The notes beneath the pieces were generated by a model, which searched no databases, was not told where the DNA came from, and saw nothing but the letters and a program-made list of their open reading frames with translations. Shown here one piece after another: positions 22,857 to 30,110 of a stretch of 38,380 nucleotides of DNA (position 1 is the stretch's first letter; the number at the start of each line of letters is the position of its first letter). The stretch lies in contig CAZEDP010000002.1 of the NCBI GenBank assembly GCA_964511035.1, positions 1-38,380 of the forward strand, in the 5' to 3' direction. Source of the DNA: an uncultured Gammaproteobacteria bacterium. Its GTDB lineage: Bacteria; Cyanobacteriota; Vampirovibrionia; Gastranaerophilales; CAZEDP01. Both the position numbers and the translations under genes were made by a program.

Positions 22857-23993
22857 TTATTTCTCCTTTAAAACTCTTTTTACTTTTTCTAATTGGTCAT
22901 ATTGCTTCAATGTTTTAAGATCTCTCAGGTATAAATCTTTTATAATTTCAATAGTGGGATTTTTCATATCTGACTGCTTTTTTATAATATATTCGATATA
23001 ATCTTTAAAATCAGGATTGTTTCGACATTTATATGTAATTGGAATCATCAATGGATAAGTACTTAGCGCATCCATACTCAATCTCATTTTTAAGCCATAA
23101 CTCAAAGTGCCTTGATTTGCGAAATAATAATCTCTAATCTCTTTATCGGAATCAGCAAATACTTTCAGGAATATATCATTGCAATCCAGCTTATAGTTAT
23201 AAAACTTAGCCTGTAATATCGAAAGAGAAAAGTCATGTCTTAATTTTGCTCCCCAAATTTTGCTGTTAGAAACAAAATAATCATAAGAGTCTTTTTCATA
23301 TTTTTTTGAGTAATCAACAAGGTTTATATAAATGTTATAAACCTTGTCATATTTTTGAGCGTGATTTATAGCGGGATACATTCCTTCTCTTCTAAATGGA
23401 CCCCATTTACCTTGTTTTTCTGCTCTTAATTCTCCAGATAAGCAGTTATCTATATCCTGACTTAATATTGCCAAGTTAACAAAAAGTGCTAGTTTTTGTT
23501 TTCCAAATTCTTTATCTGTAATTTTAGCTTTTGCCATAGGTTCTATATGGCTATATAGTTCATTATTCCACATAATAAAATCATTAACTTTACTGTATAG
23601 ATATTTTTTGGGATATTTATTTAAGGTATATTCAAATAATTTATCCTCAACAAGTTCTCTAAACTCTGCATATCTGATTTTGTACCACCATATCTCTTTT
23701 TCCCCCTCATTTTTTGGGAATTTTGATAAACCTGTATTGTATAATTTATCTCTTACAAAGTAAAAAGGTTCAGTAACAGGATGATCCCATCTTGTTAGAT
23801 GAGATAAAGGAAAAATATAGAGTTCATTTATTTTCTCTGCTGAGAGCATGTATGTTCTTGCTGAAGCAAAAGAGTTATTCATAGTTGCATTAACTATTCC
23901 AGTGAAAACTATAAAGTTAAAAACTATAAAACATAGGACTATAACGGCAATAGTTGCAGTTAATAAATATATTTTTTTTATTATCTTTTCCAT
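22857..23993 (-). CDS. membrane-anchored hypothetical protein; first full gene of module 2
   Basis: 378 aa with N-terminal TM helix YLLTATIAVIVLCFIVFNFIVFTGIV. Its stop lies 1 nt before the effector ATG. Confidence 0.55.
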   Translation of the reverse strand: MEKIIKKIYLLTATIAVIVLCFIVFNFIVFTGIVNATMNNSFASARTYMLSAEKINELYIFPLSHLTRWDHPVTEPFYFVRDKLYNTGLSKFPKNEGEKEIWWYKIRYAEFRELVEDKLFEYTLNKYPKKYLYSKVNDFIMWNNELYSHIEPMAKAKITDKEFGKQKLALFVNLAILSQDIDNCLSGELRAEKQGKWGPFRREGMYPAINHAQKYDKVYNIYINLVDYSKKYEKDSYDYFVSNSKIWGAKLRHDFSLSILQAKFYNYKLDCNDIFLKVFADSDKEIRDYYFANQGTLSYGLKMRLSMDALSTYPLMIPITYKCRNNPDFKDYIEYIIKKQSDMKNPTIEIIKDLYLRDLKTLKQYDQLEKVKRVLKEK

Positions 23994-23994
23994 C

Positions 23995-24093
23995 TTATTC
24001 CCCTCTCTTATTCCAACCTAAACTGTTGTAAACAAATTCCAGCTCACTTCGAACTAATATCATAAATACTAATTTTTTACTCAACACTTTCAT
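23995..24093 (-). pseudogene. 32-codon remnant of the Kelch-gene 5' end, acting as an upstream ORF
   Basis: Manual translation gives MKVLSKKLVFMILVRSELEFVYNSLGWNKRGE*. Its first ~12 codons match MKVLSRKLVFVL of 27277-28434, and the same GAGGAGAAGG RBS is present. Its stop lies 1 nt before ATG 23993. Confidence 0.6.
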
Positions 24094-24272
24094 TTCCTTC
24101 TCCTCAAATCTGTATAAATACTCATTCTCGCTGTAAAACCTACCTTAATTAATAACCTAACCTTTCCCTCCATGCTGTGCGATAAATATAATTCTAGTTA
24201 TTATACAGAATCATCATCTCATTTGCCATAAAATCTTGAGATTCATTTTCAAATATTTACAAGGTTTTGAAG
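24064..24272 (-). repeat. ~210-bp duplicated promoter/leader region (copy 1)
   Basis: Aligns with 28405-28612, e.g. CTCATTCTCGCTGTAAAACCTA...CCTAACCTTTCCCTCCATGC...GCGATAAATATAATTCTAGTTATTATACAGAATCATC...CAAATATTTACAAGGTTTTGAA. Confidence 0.85.
24200..24228 (-). promoter_or_regulatory. putative promoter of module 2
   Basis: Minus strand: TGGCAA, 17 nt, TATAAT. The sequence is conserved in both leader copies, but the -35 element is weak. Confidence 0.3.
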
Positions 24273-24327
24273 TTTTTGGATAAATGCGGCTATTTATATA
24301 CATCGTTTTCTATATCACATGCCGACC

Positions 24328-25128
24328 TTACGCCGCTACTTTATAACAAAACTGCGCGGAGTTGATTACAGGGTTGAGGGCAGGGGGTATAACGGGTTCC
24401 ATGTCGGGCAGCCAGTCGCCCGGGTCAAATTCTCCCTCGCCAGGGATGGTCAGTAAGTCGCCGGGCTTGATGAGGACAAAAGACTTATCGGCATTCGTCC
24501 TGTCAGCAAGCCAAGGATTAGCTGTCAGCAGTTCGTCAAGGGTTTTGTTGTACTTTTGGGCTAAATTGCCAAAAGTTAAAAAGGATGCGAGCATTCCTTC
24601 AATTCCTGTCAAAGTATTTATAACACCTTCTTGAAAATAATTTGCAATACTCAATAGATCATCTATATGAAATAGATTTGCAGTAATATCAAGCTTTCCA
24701 TCTGCTTTATAATCCCAATATATAGTATCACATAAGGCTGAACTAGCAGTCCAAGTTGCATCAAGACACCTGCCAACTACAAGTCCAACAACTGCACTTG
24801 CCATAAATGCAGCACCTCCTGTTAAACCTGCAGTCACTCCCATAGTGATAGCAACAGTTCCCACTCCTGTAACAGTAGCCTGAAATACATTTTCAGTTTG
24901 CAAGCTTACTGCAATATCTATTAATGACATGGTAGCTGCATTAAAAAATCTTACCCCTTTTATCAAGCCAGGTCCATTTTCGCCAACTTCCAAAATTGCC
25001 TCTCTAATTGCTGCTGGATATCCCCCAATCGTAACATTTACTATATCTTGTAATGTTGGCTGAAGAGGATTTGCATTATTTGTTGTCGTTACATTAGTTG
25101 AACCAGAAGTCATAAATATATTCTCCAT
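24328..25128 (-). CDS. Gly-rich hydrophobic N-domain protein fused to a truncated LysM/linker segment (chimeric paralogue of the giant RTX N-terminus)
   Basis: 266 aa. VTGVGTVAITMGVTAGLTGGAAFMASAVVGLVVG segment. The last ~76 aa (NKTLDELLTANPWLADRTNADKSFVLIKPGDLLTIPGEGEFDPGDWLPDMEPVIPPALNPVINSAQFCY) are near-identical to aa ~151-226 of the giant protein. The nt repeat is 24341-24568 = 19948-20175. Confidence 0.7.
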   Translation of the reverse strand: MENIFMTSGSTNVTTTNNANPLQPTLQDIVNVTIGGYPAAIREAILEVGENGPGLIKGVRFFNAATMSLIDIAVSLQTENVFQATVTGVGTVAITMGVTAGLTGGAAFMASAVVGLVVGRCLDATWTASSALCDTIYWDYKADGKLDITANLFHIDDLLSIANYFQEGVINTLTGIEGMLASFLTFGNLAQKYNKTLDELLTANPWLADRTNADKSFVLIKPGDLLTIPGEGEFDPGDWLPDMEPVIPPALNPVINSAQFCYKVAA

Positions 25129-25134
25129 TAAGTA

Positions 25135-25716
25135 TTAAAATCTTTTGCCCGATAATTCCTCAATTTTATCCTTAAATTCCTGCCAATTTGATATTGAATC
25201 CATAGGTATGAGTTTCCCTTGTACGGTTTTTAAGTAAAAAACAGGATATACAGGATTCTTATCTACCCTAATAAAATCTATATCGGAGTATTCTATATTC
25301 AAAGAACCAAAAAGCTTATCCAAAAGAGGAAAAGCAGGCAGGATTAATATTCTAATATTTGTCAAAACCGCAATTTTAGAATAAATCGCTAATATCGTGA
25401 GAATTGAAATAGCTATCATTACTGTAAATATAAAAATGAAGGTTCCTGTTAGCACGCTAATTTTTTGGAAATCAGTATTGATCCAGAATGGTAATATATA
25501 GCCTACACCACAACCAATTAATAAAGGAACAAGATAATCTAACATTAATGTAAATTTTGGGATATATTTGATTTCTTCATTTTCTTTTAAATTATTTTTT
25601 ATTCTTTTAAAACCCAAAGATCTTAAATAAGGTCTAAAAGGTAATATTAAAGCCAAAAATATGATCCCTGTTAATGCCATTAACCTACCTAATTCTGCAT
25701 TTAACATTTCTTGCAT
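25135..25716 (-). CDS. polytopic membrane protein (candidate lipase immunity/accessory)
   Basis: 193 aa with about 4 hydrophobic helices (LMALTGIIFLALILPF, LVPLLIGCGVGYILPFWI, LTGTFIFIFTVMIAISILTILAIY). Preceded by the conserved spacer, promoter and AAAGGGG RBS. Confidence 0.6.
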   Translation of the reverse strand: MQEMLNAELGRLMALTGIIFLALILPFRPYLRSLGFKRIKNNLKENEEIKYIPKFTLMLDYLVPLLIGCGVGYILPFWINTDFQKISVLTGTFIFIFTVMIAISILTILAIYSKIAVLTNIRILILPAFPLLDKLFGSLNIEYSDIDFIRVDKNPVYPVFYLKTVQGKLIPMDSISNWQEFKDKIEELSGKRF

Positions 25717-25720
25717 TTTC

Positions 25721-26178
25721 TCGTCCCCTTTACATATCTATCATCAAAACTTACTATAATAATAAAAATTTCTAATTTCAATAAATATTTGAATCGTTTT
25801 CTATATCACATGCCGAGTTCAAGCCGCTAACCTTTCTAAATCCTCAATTGGTCTGAACAGATACGCACTCCCGTCGGATGTTTTTATAAAATCCACAGCC
25901 GGAGCAGTTTTGTTCTGTGCATTTTTTAGGAATTGGTTGATAACGGTAATTGAATCATCGGGTGAATCAGGGAAAGTCATTACCAGATTGTCTCCGTCTC
26001 TTGTACATTTCACATCGGTAAAGTTGCTCCCGTAGCCGAAAGAAATCGAGTTGCCTCCCGACAAATCGTTTATTATATCGTGTCCGTCCCCTCTGTTGAA
26101 AACATAATCATCCGCGCCGTCACCGCCTGATAATACGTCATTGCCTGTGCCGCCGACAAGGGTGTCGTTACCGCCCCC
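25721..26178 (-). repeat. ~458-bp near-identical repeat (copy 2)
   Basis: See 21501-21958. Confidence 0.9.
25753..25781 (-). promoter_or_regulatory. putative sigma70-type internal promoter in the conserved spacer
   Basis: Minus strand: TTGAAA (25776-25781), 17 nt, TATAGT (25753-25758). Confidence 0.45.
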
Positions 26179-27240
26179 GCCATCTAATAAATCATCACCA
26201 ACTCCGCCGATAAGTATATCATTACCACCTAAGCCCGCGAGAATATCATTGCCACCGTTACCATAAATGATGTCACAACCAATCACATTATCTATTCCTA
26301 TTAGGGATTGTGAACCAGCCGTACCATTCTCGTCTTTATCTGTTCCAATAATTATATCTTTGAAATCATTTATTCGGTAATGTAAAACACTTTTAATATA
26401 TTGAGGCATGCTTTCGAGAATATTTACTGCATTTAGTAAATCGTTTTCGAAAACTCTGGTTTTTAGTACTGAACCTAAAACTTGGTTATTTATATCATAA
26501 GCCCATAATGCCCATGCTTCTTTAGTGCCAAATTCAAGAGGCTTGCTAAATATAGGACCAAAATTTTGTTCAGAATACTTTAATATGCTAAAGTGGGTAT
26601 CATCATTTAAAGCTCCCAGAAATCCATTTTGTATTGGCTGAGGTGCAATATAATAAGTATAACCTAGATGTGCTCTTAAATTTCCGACATAATCGTTCAT
26701 TATAACAAAATTTGTAATATTATCTTGTGAATCATAAACGAATTCTATGTTTGGATCATCGGTGATTAAACGAACCTGTCCCATGTAATAGGGATTACTA
26801 TATAATTCCTGTAATAGGTCTTGAACTCCAGGAGCATTATAAGTATATGCAGTTGTATTTGTACAAGCACCGACCAGCTGTGCTAAAGCCCCTCCAAGTG
26901 AATGGCCGGTAATTGTTATATTAGCTCCAGGGTATTGTTCTTTTGCACATTCATACAACCATAATGCATCATAAAATTGATTCATGACTTGATTAAAAAG
27001 AATTGCGCCATCATTTACAACTAAATCATCCCAACTTATATCTGTCCCTCTAAATGCAACGACTATATCATTTGGGTCATTATCATTTTGGTAAATAGCG
27101 CCAGCAAAACCTCTATCAGTTATATAATATTTTTCTTGATTAATATATACTTGTGTATAATAAGTTGGTCTAGCAGTCTCATTCTCACCCCCATATACAG
27201 CTCGAGCTAGATTCATATAATCTTCATAGATTTCGGACAT
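25819..27240 (-). CDS. class-3 / family I.3-like lipase fused to RTX repeats
   Basis: Nucleophile elbow ITITGHSLGGALAQLVG. Then GNGGNDILAGLGGNDILIGGVGDDLLDGGGGNDTLVGGTGNDVLSGGDGADDYVF and the shared C-terminal module. Confidence 0.85.
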   Translation of the reverse strand: MSEIYEDYMNLARAVYGGENETARPTYYTQVYINQEKYYITDRGFAGAIYQNDNDPNDIVVAFRGTDISWDDLVVNDGAILFNQVMNQFYDALWLYECAKEQYPGANITITGHSLGGALAQLVGACTNTTAYTYNAPGVQDLLQELYSNPYYMGQVRLITDDPNIEFVYDSQDNITNFVIMNDYVGNLRAHLGYTYYIAPQPIQNGFLGALNDDTHFSILKYSEQNFGPIFSKPLEFGTKEAWALWAYDINNQVLGSVLKTRVFENDLLNAVNILESMPQYIKSVLHYRINDFKDIIIGTDKDENGTAGSQSLIGIDNVIGCDIIYGNGGNDILAGLGGNDILIGGVGDDLLDGGGGNDTLVGGTGNDVLSGGDGADDYVFNRGDGHDIINDLSGGNSISFGYGSNFTDVKCTRDGDNLVMTFPDSPDDSITVINQFLKNAQNKTAPAVDFIKTSDGSAYLFRPIEDLERLAA

Positions 27241-27276
27241 GATTATTATTTCTCCTTGTTGTTATTAATTTGTAAC

Positions 27277-28434
27277 CTACTCAATAAGTGCTTCAATTAA
27301 GGGATTTTTATTCCCTCCAATAATTAATAATTTGCCATTTTGCAGATCCACCAGATTAGGGTTTGAACGCGGCAAAATCATATATCCTACAAATTTGAGT
27401 TTGTGAGTCACAGGGTCAAATTCTTGAATATCTCTTAAACTGTGAATTTTCCAAGCTATACCAGTCGAACCTCCAATTATCAGGACTTTGCCGTTTGGTA
27501 ATACCTTTGTGGCAAAGCTTGCTCTATCATCAAGGTATCCTATTGTTTTAAACAAGCCGGTTTTAGTATTATATAGTTCTATTTCTTTAACACGCCATTG
27601 TTTATTGTTATAACCTCCTAAAACCAAAACATTTCCGTCATTAAGTAATACCATAGTCAAATAACCACGGTTAACATTTAGATTTCCTGTTGGATAGAAC
27701 TTATTTGTTTTGGGATTATATATTTCAGCCTTATTACTATAATCACCTGATTTATCTCCACAAACTCCGCCACCTGCGATTAAAACTCTGCCATCAGTTA
27801 ATAAGACTGCTGAATGTCTCCACCTTCTTGGATAAACCATACCACTAGTTAAATCAAATCTTTTTCCATTCGGATCATACAGTTCAGCTTTATTTGGACA
27901 GGTTCTATATTTATTAATAATTGGACCTGCACTTCCTCCAATTATTAATACCTGCCCGTCATTTAGTAAAGTTGCCGTATGTTCTGCATGGGTATAATTA
28001 AGTTTACTTCCATTTTTAAATTCTTGTGTTTTACTGTCAAATAATTTAGTTTCATTAACGTCATTACTATGTAAGTCCCTACCCCCAGCAATCAGGACAT
28101 TACCATTAGAAAGAAGTGTCGCTGTAAAATCAGATTGATTTATTGAATTATCATAAAGCCCCATGTAATGAGATTTTTTAGTTTTCGGATCAAATATTTC
28201 AATTGTATCTGTTTTAACTGAACCATATTGACTACTATCTTTAGATTCTATTTCACCTCCCATTGTTAAAATTTTCCCGTCATTTAGTTTTATAGAATGA
28301 CTATTAAACCTTGCATAAAACATCTTTCCTGCAGGCTTTGTAATCACATCTTTGTTATTTTTGTAATTTATAATAATAGATACCAGCGTAATGACTATCA
28401 GTACAAATACTAATTTCCTACTCAACACTTTCAT
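27277..28434 (-). CDS. membrane-anchored Kelch-type beta-propeller protein
   Basis: I prefer ATG 28434 (MKVLSRK), with a GAGGAGAAG RBS, over the TTG at 28458. N-terminal TM helix. Repeated blades: ATLLSNGNVLIAGG, ATLLNDGQVLIIGG, SAVLLTDGRVLIAGG, MVLLNDGNVLVLGG, KVLPNGKVLIIGG, DLQNGKLLIIGG. Confidence 0.8.
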   Translation of the reverse strand: MKVLSRKLVFVLIVITLVSIIINYKNNKDVITKPAGKMFYARFNSHSIKLNDGKILTMGGEIESKDSSQYGSVKTDTIEIFDPKTKKSHYMGLYDNSINQSDFTATLLSNGNVLIAGGRDLHSNDVNETKLFDSKTQEFKNGSKLNYTHAEHTATLLNDGQVLIIGGSAGPIINKYRTCPNKAELYDPNGKRFDLTSGMVYPRRWRHSAVLLTDGRVLIAGGGVCGDKSGDYSNKAEIYNPKTNKFYPTGNLNVNRGYLTMVLLNDGNVLVLGGYNNKQWRVKEIELYNTKTGLFKTIGYLDDRASFATKVLPNGKVLIIGGSTGIAWKIHSLRDIQEFDPVTHKLKFVGYMILPRSNPNLVDLQNGKLLIIGGNKNPLIEALIE

Positions 28435-28612
28435 TTTCTTCTCCTCAAATCTATACAAATACTCATTCTCGCTGTAAAACCTAGCTCCTAAAAAATCCTA
28501 ACCTTTCCCTCCATGCCTGTGCGATAAATATAATTCTAGTTATTATACAGAATCATCCTCACATTTGCCATAAGATATTGAGATTCTTTTTCAAATATTT
28601 ACAAGGTTTTGA
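28405..28612 (-). repeat. ~210-bp duplicated promoter/leader region (copy 2)
   Basis: See 24064-24272. This copy includes the intact Kelch start and the TATAAT box at 28542-28547. Confidence 0.85.
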
Positions 28613-28669
28613 ATTATGCGGTTTGGGTTTTAATGTACCGAAAATTAAATATACGTTATGTATTATTGT

Positions 28670-28695
28670 AGCCGCTTTTTCAAGCGGCTTTTTTT
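28670..28695 (+). terminator. orphan plus-strand terminator-like hairpin
   Basis: AGCCGCTT tttc AAGCGGCT followed by a T run. No credible plus-strand gene lies upstream. Confidence 0.45.
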
Positions 28696-28729
28696 GTGTC
28701 GATAATTTAACTTTAAATTATAAAAAACT

Positions 28730-28816
28730 CGGAGGAGGGGGGATTCGAACTCCCGGTGGCCTTGCGACCACGACGGTTTTCAAGACCGCTCCTTTAAACC
28801 ACTCAGGCACTCCTCC
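28730..28816 (-). tRNA. tRNA-Ser (anticodon UGA), class II with long variable arm
   Basis: The reverse complement reads GGAGGAG-TG-CCT..AGG-A-GCGGT-CTTGAAA-ACCGT-(CGTGGTCGCAAGGCCACC)-GGGAG-TTCGAAT-CCCCC-CTCCTCC-G. It has a 7-bp acceptor stem, a 3-bp D stem and a TTCGAAT T-loop. There is one A-C mismatch in the T stem, and no encoded CCA. Confidence 0.85.
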
Positions 28817-28881
28817 AAGAGTATAACTATATTACTATATAAGCTAAATTAATGCCAACAGATTTTTTTTGAAAATAAAAA

Positions 28882-29250
28882 TTATTCATCAACAACAATA
28901 GGCAGCTCATAGTTTGATCTCAAATAATTTCCTGTTTTCACTCCCTGAGAAATTATTGAATATAAATATTCTTTCAAAAGCTCTCTTTTTTCGCTTTCGT
29001 TTATGTATTTAAGCATTTCAACTGCAGAGTGTACCCTTTCGTCTGTGTCATACCATCTTCGTCTACTAGCAACGTAACCGGAATTGAGTTGTTCTAAAAA
29101 TTCATCGAGTTCGGGAGGGAATTTGTTATTAATAATTATCTGCATTAAATCTTCAGCGGCTTCGAATCTGATGCCTTCTTCCAAGGATTCAATCGTATCA
29201 AGGATAAATCTTATCCTGTCATCTGAATCGTACCAGCGGGTGTAGTCCAT
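28882..29250 (-). CDS. hypothetical protein with an internal RWYD(S/T)D(D/E)R duplication
   Basis: 122 aa. TRWYDSDDRIRFILDTIESL and RRRWYDTDERVHSAVEMLKYI mark two related halves. Confidence 0.5.
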   Translation of the reverse strand: MDYTRWYDSDDRIRFILDTIESLEEGIRFEAAEDLMQIIINNKFPPELDEFLEQLNSGYVASRRRWYDTDERVHSAVEMLKYINESEKRELLKEYLYSIISQGVKTGNYLRSNYELPIVVDE

Positions 29251-29363
29251 AATTTATATCCCTACTTTTTCAGTAAATTATAATATAAATTTCTTCTCAA
29301 AATTTAGCAATTTTTGTTTGCTTTTAGTTTTTAAGAAATAGTAATGATTTTAAGGAATATCAA

Positions 29364-30017
29364 ATGGCTGGAATTAGTAGTATTTCATCAGCAGCTTATA
29401 AACCGTTAAATGCAACTTTGCCAAAAGCAAGATATGTAGATGAGCTGAAGCTAAATCTTGAAATAGGAGAAGCTGTATTAAATGAATTCAGAAGAGAATT
29501 AGGGTATCCTCGTTCATATACTTTTGCATGCCAAATCGATTATACCGGAAATACTAAGAATTATTCTGTACTAAAGAATGCCATCGGGCAAAGAATTTCA
29601 GAATTTGATGATCTTATTTACGATAATTTAAGGGAAATTTTTGATTATGATTGTAATGCAAGCATATTAGCATCTAATATGAAAAAATTAAACGCCGGAA
29701 ACTGCTATGAACAGTCAGCAATAATACATGATAAGATACTTAAAAGAAATATAAATGCAGTCACAGTAATTACTAACATTAAAAACTGGGATAAAAAGAG
29801 ACGTTTTAATGATCATTGGTTTGTGGTCTTTGGGTTTGATAAATTATCAGATTTGCGTAAAGAACCAAGATACTGGGGTAAAAATGCTGTTGTAGTTGAT
29901 CCATGGGCTGATATCGTAGGTAATGCTATAGATTGGGAAAAGAAGATCTCTGATTTTTTGAGCATTAAGCCCTATGAGAAGATAATAACAACTGGTCTTA
30001 GAGAATTGCCCTTTTAA
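29364..30017 (+). CDS. hypothetical protein with a transglutaminase/papain-like Cys-His-Asp pattern
   Basis: AGNCYEQSAIIHD ... NDHWFVVFG ... VVVDPWAD, in the order and spacing typical of transglutaminase-core cysteine peptidases. Confidence 0.4.
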   Translation: MAGISSISSAAYKPLNATLPKARYVDELKLNLEIGEAVLNEFRRELGYPRSYTFACQIDYTGNTKNYSVLKNAIGQRISEFDDLIYDNLREIFDYDCNASILASNMKKLNAGNCYEQSAIIHDKILKRNINAVTVITNIKNWDKKRRFNDHWFVVFGFDKLSDLRKEPRYWGKNAVVVDPWADIVGNAIDWEKKISDFLSIKPYEKIITTGLRELPF

Positions 30018-30110
30018 AATGTATCTGACATAAATAACTTTACGTCTGTTTGCAAATTACATCCGTCTTTGCTAAGACTATATTAAACTAAATATTTGAG
30101 GATTATTTGT

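Noticed and set aside
15543-28458. Search for type I secretion genes (ABC transporter, MFP, TolC) or an RtxC-type acyltransferase in the RTX island
   Set aside because: No Walker A/B or ABC signature, and no other such motif, is visible in any ORF here. Secretion-route statements therefore remain inference.
28578-28826. 82-aa plus-strand ORF
   Set aside because: It runs through the terminator hairpin and antisense across the tRNA-Ser gene, so it is spurious.
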